This document shows, one piece after another, positions 49,188 to 57,265 of a stretch of DNA of 64,000 nucleotides. Position 1 is the first letter of the stretch. Each line of letters starts with the position of its first letter. The position numbers and the translations under genes were made by a program. The notes beneath the pieces were generated by a model, which made no database searches, was not told the origin of the DNA, and saw only the letters and a program-made list of their open reading frames with translations. The stretch is from an uncultured Planctomycetales bacterium. GTDB taxonomy: Bacteria > Omnitrophota > Gorgyraeia > Zapsychrales > Fredricksoniimonadaceae. The stretch is taken from assembly GCA_964520655.1 (NCBI GenBank), contig CAZFNI010000010.1, forward strand, positions 371 to 64,370, written 5' to 3'.

Positions 49188-49189
49188 AT

Positions 49190-49212
49190 AAAGGGGACGG
49201 TCCCCTTTATCC
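49190..49212 (+). terminator. rho-independent terminator-like hairpin after the giant ORF
   Basis: aaagggg acggt cccctttat: a 7-bp GC-rich stem, 5-nt loop and T-rich tail, starting 3 nt after the TAG. Confidence 0.5.
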
Positions 49213-49246
49213 TGAATTTTCTCCTGATTTCATTAGACATTCTCCA

Positions 49247-49984
49247 TTGGGCCGTGGCATAATCCCTCCCATGGAATTATCATTAAAAGAACTGCGTCAG
49301 AAATTACGTTCACATGCCAACCCGGCTAAAGCAGAGGTCTATAAACGTTTCTTTAAGACAGGCAAAGGCCAATACGGCCACGGGGACCGGTTTATCGGAC
49401 TGACCGTTCCTCTTCAGCGTTCGCTTGCCAAACAGTTCGTGCATTTAGGTCTAACGGATATTGACGCGCTGCTGCAAAGCCCTATCCACGAGGAGCGGTT
49501 GACGGCGCTGCTGATCTTGGTGGCGCAGTATAAGAAAGCCCCCCAGCGCCAGCGGAAGGTTATCTTTGAATTCTATTTGAAGAGATCCGCCCGGGTCAAT
49601 AATTGGGACCTGGTGGACCTAAGCGCGTATCATATCGTCGGGGCGCATTTGGAAGGCCAGCCGCATGATATTCTTTTCAAGCTGGCCAGGTCGAAGAATT
49701 TATGGAAGCGGCGCATCGCGATCGTGGCGAGTTTTCATAATATCACCCGCGGTAAAAGCGAGCCGACGCTTATTTTGGCCGCGATGCTGCTCAAAGACAA
49801 AGAAGAGTTGATCCATAAGGCTGTTGGCTGGATGTTGCGCGAGGTGGGCAAACGGGTGGGGCGGGATGTTCTGGAAGATTTCCTGTGCCGCAATTATAAG
49901 CGCATGCCCCGGGTGATGCTGCGTTACGCCATCGAACGCCTGCCGCTGGAAAGACGCATAGCCTACCTGAAAGCGGAGTTGTAA
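49247..49984 (+). CDS. DNA alkylation repair enzyme (AlkD/AlkC-like HEAT-repeat DNA glycosylase); probable true start ATG 49271
   Basis: PAKAEVYKRFFKTGKGQYGHGDRFIGLTVPLQRSLAKQF and HEERLTALLILVAQY match the DNA_alkylation family signature (..YFKTG.GQYG.GD.F.G...P..R.LA). Confidence 0.7.
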   Translation: MGRGIIPPMELSLKELRQKLRSHANPAKAEVYKRFFKTGKGQYGHGDRFIGLTVPLQRSLAKQFVHLGLTDIDALLQSPIHEERLTALLILVAQYKKAPQRQRKVIFEFYLKRSARVNNWDLVDLSAYHIVGAHLEGQPHDILFKLARSKNLWKRRIAIVASFHNITRGKSEPTLILAAMLLKDKEELIHKAVGWMLREVGKRVGRDVLEDFLCRNYKRMPRVMLRYAIERLPLERRIAYLKAEL

Positions 49985-50011
49985 ATCGGGGGTTGTCCAG
50001 GTCCCTTTTTT

Positions 50012-50428
50012 ATGTATAATACGTTCATGATGAAATTTTTACTGATCATTCTTGTTGTTGCGGCTGGGGCGGGCTGTGCTTTTAATGAGACGTATAATCC
50101 TGTTGCTGCCTCGACCTCCGGCACTTTTGAGCTTAATCAAAGCGCGTTGAAAAAAGTGACGCTTGGCATGCTCCAACCCCAGGTCCACCAGCTGATGGGG
50201 GAGACGATCATTATCGGATATAATTATGCCGATGATGTTCACGGGACGGCCACGCCGTTGACCTTGCAGAATCCTTACAAGACATCTGTGGCGGCGGATG
50301 GGTGTGTGGTGGAATATTATGCCACATCCGTGGTTGTTCCCGACGGTGTTGTCAGCGACGCGGAGCTTTTGCCGCTAAAATTCTGTCAGGGAAAGCTTGT
50401 CGCCAAAGGATGGGATAGCGCCAAGTGA
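50012..50428 (+). CDS. BamE/SmpA-OmlA-like small lipoprotein
   Basis: Signal peptide MKFLLIILVVAAGAGC with a lipobox-like Cys. KKVTLGMLQPQVHQLMGE matches the BamE motif (..GMT..QV...LG.P). Confidence 0.5.
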   Translation: MYNTFMMKFLLIILVVAAGAGCAFNETYNPVAASTSGTFELNQSALKKVTLGMLQPQVHQLMGETIIIGYNYADDVHGTATPLTLQNPYKTSVAADGCVVEYYATSVVVPDGVVSDAELLPLKFCQGKLVAKGWDSAK

Positions 50429-51354
50429 CACCGTTGTATGTGACACTGAAACCCTATCTGGATGCGGCCGTGCTTGACAGGCCTGTCAACTGGCAGCACA
50501 TTTTCGGCAACGCCAACCCTTTAGAAGTTGAGATCGGCATCGGCAACGGGGAATATTTAGCCAGGATCTGCGGCGAGAACCCTCGGGTCAATTATGTCGG
50601 TTTTGAGGAATATTGCGAACGCGTCAGCCGGTCGCTGCGCAAGTTAAGCCGGGTTTCTTCTGCGAATGCCCGGGTGATGCGCATGGATGTCCGTCCGGCT
50701 TTGGAATATCTGTTCGCTCCCAGAAGTGTCCGGTTCTTTCATTGTCTGTTTCCAGCGCCGTGGCCCAAGAAGTCTGATATCAAGCACCGGCTGATGAGAA
50801 CAGATTTTTTACGTCTGGTCAACAGCCGCCTGTGCGACGGCGGCGGACTTAAAGTTGTTACCGATTTTAAGCCGTATGCGACCTGGGTCAAAGAGCAAGT
50901 TTTAGGCAGCGGGTTTAGCCTGATTGAGACTGTGATCGGAGCCAATTACGGGACCAAGTTCGAACGTAAATGGCAGGAGTCAGGCCAGAAAGAATTCTAC
51001 GAACTGTTGTTGACCAAAATAGAACATTGCGATGTTCCCATCAAGAAGGCGGCGGATATTCAACATTACACGTTACCTGATTTTAATCCCGATCGTTTTT
51101 CCATGCCGGATGTGACAGAAGGAAAATGCGCGGTTGTCTTTAAGGAATATCTTTTTGATCCCAGGCAGGCCAAGGCGCTGGTCTATGTGCTTGTTTCCGA
51201 CGAGGAATTGCTGCAGCATGTACGGGTGTCGGTCGTGAAGACAAAAGCAGGATGGCACGTGGGGCTGGCGCAAGGGTCGATGCAGATGCCGACCCCAGGC
51301 ATCGCCAGGGCTATCGCGTGCGTGCGCGACGCGGTCATCAAGAGCGTGGCATGA
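50425..51354 (+). CDS. trmB: tRNA (guanine46-N7)-methyltransferase TrmB with ~100-aa C-terminal extension
   Basis: EVEIGIGNGEYLARICGENPRVNYVGFEE is the SAM-binding region. FHCLFPAPWPKKSDIKHRLM is the TrmB PDPWPKK.H.KRR motif. GTG start overlaps the previous stop. Confidence 0.8.
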   Translation: MTPLYVTLKPYLDAAVLDRPVNWQHIFGNANPLEVEIGIGNGEYLARICGENPRVNYVGFEEYCERVSRSLRKLSRVSSANARVMRMDVRPALEYLFAPRSVRFFHCLFPAPWPKKSDIKHRLMRTDFLRLVNSRLCDGGGLKVVTDFKPYATWVKEQVLGSGFSLIETVIGANYGTKFERKWQESGQKEFYELLLTKIEHCDVPIKKAADIQHYTLPDFNPDRFSMPDVTEGKCAVVFKEYLFDPRQAKALVYVLVSDEELLQHVRVSVVKTKAGWHVGLAQGSMQMPTPGIARAIACVRDAVIKSVA

Positions 51355-52181
51355 TCAGACGCGTTCTCATCGGCATATTGATCATCTCTTTGGCTGCGCC
51401 TCCAGAAGCCTTTGCCGCGAAGAACCGCCGTAAGAAACACCGCTCCCGCGGTTCATATTCCGCATCCACACTTTTGCTCAAGGATATCACAACGAATACG
51501 ACTTTGTATGGAAGAAATGCCCAGCGGCCTGTTTATCCGGCGAGCACGACCAAGGTCATGACCGCGCTTTTGGTGTTGGAAAAGCTCCCGCTCGACGCGC
51601 TGGTGACGGTTTCTGCCTCAGCGATCAATGTCCCGGAAACAAAGCTTGGGCTGATCCCCGGCGAGCAATACCGGGTCAGGGACCTGCTGTTCGCGATCTT
51701 GCTAAAATCCGCTAACGATGCGGCCAATGTACTGGCGGAAGCTGCCGGCGGTTCCCAGATGAAATTCGTGAGCCTGATGAATGCCAAGGCCAAAGCGCTG
51801 GGGGCCTCGCGCACGTGTTTTAGCAACCCCAGCGGCCTGCCTTCAGCGACGGTTCAGTATACAACCGCCAGCGACATGGCAATAATTATGCAAGAAGCCT
51901 TGAAAAACCCGGTTTTCTGCAAGATAATATCTTTCAAATACCGGATCATCTATTCCAAAGATGGCCGCAGGTTCTTTTTGAAATCTCACAACCGTTCGCT
52001 GTTCCTGCGCTGGAAAAGGGATGTCTACGGAAAAACAGGCTACACGCGTCAGGCGCAATCCTGTTTTATCGGGTATGTCCAAAAGAACGGGCATATGCTG
52101 GTCATTGCTGTCTTTGACAGCCGCCGGCGCTGGGAAGACGTAAAACATGTTATTGAACGTTATGGAAAAGTGGATCTATAA
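51351..52181 (+). CDS. D-alanyl-D-alanine carboxypeptidase (peptidase S11, low-MW PBP, short form)
   Basis: Signal peptide MIRRVLIGILIISLAAPPEAFA. SxxK (PASTTKVMTA), SxN (KSANDAAN) and KTG (GKTGYT) motifs. The ORF track begins at 51252, but an ATG at 51351 overlaps the trmB stop (ATGA) and precedes the signal peptide. Confidence 0.8.
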   Translation: MIRRVLIGILIISLAAPPEAFAAKNRRKKHRSRGSYSASTLLLKDITTNTTLYGRNAQRPVYPASTTKVMTALLVLEKLPLDALVTVSASAINVPETKLGLIPGEQYRVRDLLFAILLKSANDAANVLAEAAGGSQMKFVSLMNAKAKALGASRTCFSNPSGLPSATVQYTTASDMAIIMQEALKNPVFCKIISFKYRIIYSKDGRRFFLKSHNRSLFLRWKRDVYGKTGYTRQAQSCFIGYVQKNGHMLVIAVFDSRRRWEDVKHVIERYGKVDL

Positions 52182-52196
52182 ACCAGGAGGAATTGT

Positions 52197-53027
52197 ATGA
52201 ATAATATTTTCACGGTGATCATATCAGTGTTGATAGGGATCGTCGCAGGTATCAGTTTGCTGCTGGGGATCAATTCGACCGTCATGAACGCCAATATGCC
52301 CATGTATGTGCAGATCAAGGAATTGACGACCCATTCTGCCGAGCTTCAGAAAAAGATCGATGTGATCAAGGAGCAGGTCGCGGCGCAGGATAATCTATTA
52401 AAGTCGCTGGTGACTAAGGGCGACAAGCTCATCCAGCTTTCCCAACAGCGGCCGGTTGCGGCTCCAACACCTTCTCCAGTAGCCGCACAGCAGCCTCCGG
52501 AAGAGGACATGGACAAGGTCTATACGATCCCCGATGGCGGCTCTCCCATCATCGGCAAGAAGAACGCGCCTGTTACCATCGTGATGTTCTCTGATCTTCA
52601 ATGCCCGTTCTGCAACCGTTTCTATCCGCCCGTACGGGATGTGCTCAAAGCTTATCCGGATAAAGTGCGTTTGATCATCAAGCACTTCCCGCTGCCGTTC
52701 CATCCGAACGCGCGTCCGGCGGCAAAGTTGACGCTGGCAGCCAATGAACAGGGGAAATTCAAGGAAGTGATGGAATTATTATTAGAGAACGGCGCGGATG
52801 TTTCCGAAGCGAAGGTCAAGGAGTACGCCACGAAGGCCGGATTGAATCACACCCGTTTGGTCAATGACTTAAAGAACAATGACGCCAAGTATGAAGCCCA
52901 GCTGGAGGAAGACGCGAAATTGATCAATTCCAGCGACGTGCGCGGGACCCCGACATTCTTTATCAATGGTAAAAAAGCACAGGTCCGTGACTTAGACGGT
53001 TATAAAGCGATCATCGATAAATTATAG
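52197..53027 (+). CDS. membrane-anchored DsbA-family thiol:disulfide oxidoreductase
   Basis: N-terminal TM anchor. Thioredoxin-fold CPFC active site (SDLQCPFCNRF). DsbA-like C-terminal region GTPTFFINGK. GGAGG RBS at 52186-52190. Confidence 0.75.
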   Translation: MNNIFTVIISVLIGIVAGISLLLGINSTVMNANMPMYVQIKELTTHSAELQKKIDVIKEQVAAQDNLLKSLVTKGDKLIQLSQQRPVAAPTPSPVAAQQPPEEDMDKVYTIPDGGSPIIGKKNAPVTIVMFSDLQCPFCNRFYPPVRDVLKAYPDKVRLIIKHFPLPFHPNARPAAKLTLAANEQGKFKEVMELLLENGADVSEAKVKEYATKAGLNHTRLVNDLKNNDAKYEAQLEEDAKLINSSDVRGTPTFFINGKKAQVRDLDGYKAIIDKL

Positions 53028-53092
53028 TTGCCAAAAAAGCCTCTCTGCGGTATAGTATGGGCTTTCAAAAAGACGTTAGGGAGGAGTGTTTT

Positions 53093-53347
53093 ATGGGTGG
53101 TCGTGTTGGTGGTATAACAAGTAAATATTATAGTGAAACACGCGGGATGAAGGTTTCCGGCGGTCAGAAAGTCAAGTCCGGGACCGTGTTGACCCGTCAG
53201 GGGCAGATCTGGAAGCCCGGCATTAACGTGAACGGTCAAAGTTCATTGACCGCGGCTGTGGACGGGGAAGTGTATTTCACCCGTAAAAAGAACAGCTATA
53301 AAAAAGTGGTCACGTTGATCAATATCAAACCAGCAGCAAAAAACTAA
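53093..53347 (+). CDS. rpmA: ribosomal protein bL27-like (divergent N-terminus)
   Basis: GGQKVKSGTVLTRQGQIWKPGINVNGQSSLTAAVDGEVYFTRK aligns with E. coli L27 [46 protein letters not shown]. GGAGG at 53080-53084 precedes ATG 53093 (ORF track starts at 53057). It is not adjacent to rplU and lacks the AHKKGGG N-terminus. Confidence 0.55.
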   Translation: MGGRVGGITSKYYSETRGMKVSGGQKVKSGTVLTRQGQIWKPGINVNGQSSLTAAVDGEVYFTRKKNSYKKVVTLINIKPAAKN

Positions 53348-53356
53348 GATACGTTT

Positions 53357-55186
53357 ATGTGCGGTATCGTCGGCTTTATCGGCGTCAAGGATGCGACGCC
53401 AATCTTAATCGATAGTTTAAAAAAGCTCGAATACCGCGGCTATGATTCAAGCGGCGTCGCTGTGCTCAACAACGACGCCGTTTTGTTTGTCCGCAAATCC
53501 AAGGGCAAGATCGCGAACTTAGAAGGGCTGCTTGCGAAGGACCCGCTTCCTTTTTCCAGAGTGGGCATCACCCACACCCGCTGGGCGACGCACGGGGGCC
53601 CCAGTGATATCAATTCCCATCCGCATACGGATGCCAAACATCAATTCGCCGTTGTGCATAACGGCATTATCGAAAATTATTTAGAGATCAAAGAACGGCT
53701 CAAGGCCAAAGGCTATAAGTTCGTCTCCCAGACCGATACCGAGGTAATTGCCCATTTATTGGCGCTGCACTATAAAGGTGATTTTGCCCAGGCCGTGCGT
53801 AAGACATTGTCTGAATTGGTTGGGGCTTTTGCGGTGGGGATCATCTGCCGCGATCATCCCGGCGTGCTCATGGCGGCCCGTGTCGGTTCGCCGTTGATCA
53901 TTGGTTTAAGCGATCAGGGTAATTATATCGCCTCCGATGTCCCCGCGATCATCGAGCGCACCCGTCGTGTTATTTATTTACAAGACGGGCAAATGGCTCA
54001 GATCACCGCGGACAAGATCCAGGTAAGTACATTCGACGGTAAAGCGGTCAAGCACAAGGTGGACACGGTGGCTTTTTCCATCGAAGCCGCGCAAAAGAAC
54101 GGTTTCGCCCATTTTATGCTCAAAGAGATCCACGAACAGCCCGGCGTCATCGGGAATATGCTGGATCTGCGCATCAAAAAGGGAAAGCTTAATATGGAAG
54201 GGCTGGGGCTTTCAGCCAAGGCCTTAAAAGCGTTCCGCAAGATCACCATCGTTGCCTGCGGTACAGCCTACCATGCCGGCCTCGTCGGTAAATATGCGTT
54301 AGAGGAGATCGCCCGCGTCAGTGTTGAGATCGACACTTCCAGTGAATTCCGTTACCGCAACCCGATCGTCGACAAGCAGACGCTCATCATCGCGATCAGC
54401 CAGTCGGGCGAGACGGCGGATACTCTGGCGGCGGTCAAAGAAGCCAAAAGACGCGGCGCGAAAGTCTTGGCCATTTGCAACGTGATCGGATCGTCTCTGG
54501 CCCGTGAGGCCGACGGTGTTTTGTACACGCATGCCGGCCCGGAGATCGGGGTGGCCTCGACAAAAGCTTATACCGCCCAGCTGCTGATGATGTATTTATT
54601 GACCATTCATTTAGGGCAGACCCGCGGCACGTTAAAAAGCGCGGACGCAAAGGATCTTATCAAGAATATTTCCCGTGTTCCGTCGCTGTATAAAACGATC
54701 CTGGAGCATCGTGCCCGTATCCAGAAAGTGGCGGAAGCCAATTCTCATTTCGGCTGCTTCCTTTATTTGGGCCGTAACATCAATTTCCCCTCAGCGCTGG
54801 AGGGGGCGCTTAAACTCAAAGAGATCTCGTACATCCCGGCAGAAGGCTATGCGGCCGGTGAAATGAAGCATGGTCCCATTGCTTTGATCGACGAATACCG
54901 CGCGGTCGTCTGTATCGCGCCTCAGTCCCATGTGTATGAGAAAATGGTCTCGAATATCCAGGAGATCAAGGCGCGTAAGGGGACGGTCATTGCGGTCGTT
55001 TCCGTCGGTGATACGCATGTGCACAAGGATGCGGATTACTGCCTGGAAGTGCCTCAGATCGATGAGATCCTGTCTCCGTTGCTGGTCGTTTTGCCGCTGC
55101 AATTGATGGCCTATTATGTCGCGGTCAAGCGCGGATGCGACGTCGACCAGCCCCGCAATCTCGCCAAATCCGTCACCGTCGAATAA
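53357..55186 (+). CDS. glmS: glutamine--fructose-6-phosphate aminotransferase
   Basis: N-terminal MCGIVG with the Cys1 nucleophile. Two SIS domains. Ends in the C-terminal ...KSVTVE motif. 609 aa. Confidence 0.95.
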   Translation: MCGIVGFIGVKDATPILIDSLKKLEYRGYDSSGVAVLNNDAVLFVRKSKGKIANLEGLLAKDPLPFSRVGITHTRWATHGGPSDINSHPHTDAKHQFAVVHNGIIENYLEIKERLKAKGYKFVSQTDTEVIAHLLALHYKGDFAQAVRKTLSELVGAFAVGIICRDHPGVLMAARVGSPLIIGLSDQGNYIASDVPAIIERTRRVIYLQDGQMAQITADKIQVSTFDGKAVKHKVDTVAFSIEAAQKNGFAHFMLKEIHEQPGVIGNMLDLRIKKGKLNMEGLGLSAKALKAFRKITIVACGTAYHAGLVGKYALEEIARVSVEIDTSSEFRYRNPIVDKQTLIIAISQSGETADTLAAVKEAKRRGAKVLAICNVIGSSLAREADGVLYTHAGPEIGVASTKAYTAQLLMMYLLTIHLGQTRGTLKSADAKDLIKNISRVPSLYKTILEHRARIQKVAEANSHFGCFLYLGRNINFPSALEGALKLKEISYIPAEGYAAGEMKHGPIALIDEYRAVVCIAPQSHVYEKMVSNIQEIKARKGTVIAVVSVGDTHVHKDADYCLEVPQIDEILSPLLVVLPLQLMAYYVAVKRGCDVDQPRNLAKSVTVE

Positions 55187-55204
55187 AGGGGACGCTTACC
55201 TTTT

Positions 55205-55867
55205 ATGTTGTATATTGTTTCGACCCCCATAGGGAATCTCAAGGATATAACGCTGCGCGCTTTGGAGGTGTTAAAGGATGTTGATGTGATCGCCGCGGAA
55301 GATACGCGTCACACCAAGATCCTGCTGGAGGCCTACGGCATCGTCAAACCGCTGGTCAGTTTTTTTGAACATAACCAGACCCGTAAGACCAAAGATATTA
55401 TCGCGCTGCTTAAGGAAGGTAAAAAAGTGGCGTTAGTCAGCGACGCGGGCACTCCGGGGATCAGTGATCCAGGCTACCCGTTGATCGAGGCCGTACTGGC
55501 GGAAGGCGTTCCACTTGAGGTAATTCCCGGGCCCTGTGCGGCCATTACCGCCTTGACAGCGTCGGGGATGCCGGCGCATCGTTTTTCATTTGAAGGTTTC
55601 CTGCCCGTGAAAGCGGGGGCGAGACGCAAACAACTAGCGACGCTTAAAGACCAGAACGGCACAACTATTTTTTATGAATCTCCGCATCGCTTGCTTAAAA
55701 CGCTGGAAGATATTGAAGGCGTCCTACCGGAAGCGGATGTTGCCTGCGCCAGGGAATTGACTAAAAAGTTCCAGGAGGTTAAACGCGGCAGCGCGAAAGA
55801 ACTGCGGGAACACTTCACCGCCCATCCCCCCAAGGGCGAGTTTGTCATTTTGATCAACGCGGGATGA
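55205..55867 (+). CDS. rsmI: 16S rRNA (cytidine1402-2'-O)-methyltransferase
   Basis: MLYIVSTPIGNLKDITLRALEVLKDVDVIAAEDTRHT is the canonical RsmI/TP-methylase N-terminus. 220 aa. Confidence 0.9.
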   Translation: MLYIVSTPIGNLKDITLRALEVLKDVDVIAAEDTRHTKILLEAYGIVKPLVSFFEHNQTRKTKDIIALLKEGKKVALVSDAGTPGISDPGYPLIEAVLAEGVPLEVIPGPCAAITALTASGMPAHRFSFEGFLPVKAGARRKQLATLKDQNGTTIFYESPHRLLKTLEDIEGVLPEADVACARELTKKFQEVKRGSAKELREHFTAHPPKGEFVILINAG

Positions 55868-57247
55868 TCAGTGACGATCATTCATTTTTTTTCGCAATTC
55901 GGCGAGGTCTTTCTTTAGCGCGTCGATCTGATTCTGCTGTTGTTTGATGGCTTCGATCAAGGCTCCGACAAGGTTCTCCATAAAAACGTGTTTAATGCCT
56001 TTTTTATCCGTAAAGACAAGTTCCGGGAACACTTTTTCCACGTCCTGGGCGATCACGCCCAAAGATCTTTTTTTGTCTTTCTTCCAGGTAAAGGTAACGC
56101 CTCGCAGCGCTCTTACCTTATTTAAGGCATCGGTGATAGGCGTGATGTTCTCTTTCAAACGTTCATCGGAGGGGGCGCCGTAATAATACCCGCCGCTTAA
56201 GTTGTAAATATCTCCGTCAACGCCCATGTCGCCTAAGACATACAAGCGATAAGAAGCGTTCGGTGCCGCGCCGACCCCGACGCTGCCGCTTAAGGTGGTT
56301 GTGCCGACAGCAACATTTAAGGCTCCGCCCGCAATGGTGACCCCGGCATTGAAAGTGGCCAGGCCGGTGGTGGATAATGTTCCCCCGACGGTGGTATTGT
56401 TGGATAGGGTGGTAACGCCCGTGACACCAAGTGTGCTATTGACCTGCGTGGCCCCGCCCAGGGTTGTTGCTCCGGTGACATTTAACGTGCTGTTGACCGC
56501 GGTAGCGCCATTTAAAGTGCTTGTGCTTCCGGCGGTGAATGTGCCGGGACTGGTGACAGAAAGGGCGGTGGAAACATTGGCTGTGGCAAGGGTTGTTGTC
56601 CCGCTGACACGGGCATTGCCGGTGACATCCAGTTTCTGGGTTGGAACCATGCCGATCCCAAGTCCCGTTGAGGTTAGCCGCATTTGCTCCGCGCTATTAG
56701 TGTAAAAGGTAAGTGTATCAGCCGCGGGGTAGCTTAAATAAGTCGTTGTTCCGCCAAGATACAGGTTTGGGTTTGCGGCACTTAAGATCATATTGCCGTT
56801 GACGTCGAGTTTCTGAGCAGTAGCACCGGCGGGATTGATGCCCAGATTGCCGTTTGCCTCAAGGGTCATCTGGTCAGCGCCGTTGTTGATCCGAAAGTGT
56901 ATGGCCTGCCCAGCAGGGCGGTTAAAGTACAAGGCTTGGTCAGCCGTGCTGCTGCGGATATGCGCATTGGCGCAAGTCCGGTCGCCGGCCAGTCCTATTC
57001 CCACAAAACCCGCGCAGCCGGTTGCTTCTCCGATAGCAACATTGGTCGCTACCGTCACGTTTGAGCCGGCGTTGACGGTGCCGACACCAATATTATTAGC
57101 CGTTAAGATGTCATAATTGCCTGTTGGTGCCGGATAATAGGTGTTGATCGTATTGGATCCGGCAGCTGATGCCGTTAAGGGGGCCGCGAATACCGCCGTT
57201 AACAGGAACATCAGTAGTCGTTGTTTGGTCATCCAGGAATATGCCAT
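55868..57247 (-). CDS. secreted tail-fibre-like repeat protein with C-terminal Peptidase_S74 intramolecular chaperone domain (paralog 1)
   Basis: Signal peptide, then Thr/Gly/Asn/Ala-rich beta-repeats (TGATTLGGATQVNSTLGVTGVTTLS...). The last 100 aa, SDERLKENITPITDALNKVRALRGVTFTWKKD..., match the SDxRLKxNI auto-cleaving chaperone signature (nt 55871-56170). Confidence 0.7.
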   Translation of the reverse strand: MAYSWMTKQRLLMFLLTAVFAAPLTASAAGSNTINTYYPAPTGNYDILTANNIGVGTVNAGSNVTVATNVAIGEATGCAGFVGIGLAGDRTCANAHIRSSTADQALYFNRPAGQAIHFRINNGADQMTLEANGNLGINPAGATAQKLDVNGNMILSAANPNLYLGGTTTYLSYPAADTLTFYTNSAEQMRLTSTGLGIGMVPTQKLDVTGNARVSGTTTLATANVSTALSVTSPGTFTAGSTSTLNGATAVNSTLNVTGATTLGGATQVNSTLGVTGVTTLSNNTTVGGTLSTTGLATFNAGVTIAGGALNVAVGTTTLSGSVGVGAAPNASYRLYVLGDMGVDGDIYNLSGGYYYGAPSDERLKENITPITDALNKVRALRGVTFTWKKDKKRSLGVIAQDVEKVFPELVFTDKKGIKHVFMENLVGALIEAIKQQQNQIDALKKDLAELRKKMNDRH

Positions 57248-57265
57248 AGAGGAGGCCTCGCCGAT

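Noticed and set aside
53057-53092. Upstream ATG (53057) for the bL27-like gene as given in the ORF track
   Set aside because: This ATG sits upstream of the GGAGG at 53080-53084 and would add a non-conserved 12-aa extension. ATG 53093 has proper SD spacing and gives an 84-aa product of L27 length.
55880-55905. Hairpin tgatc-agtgac-gatca plus a T8 run after rsmI resembling a terminator
   Set aside because: It lies inside the 3' coding end of the convergent minus-strand gene. There the T-run encodes Lys-Lys on the opposite strand. The stem is only 5 bp, so this is probably coincidental.
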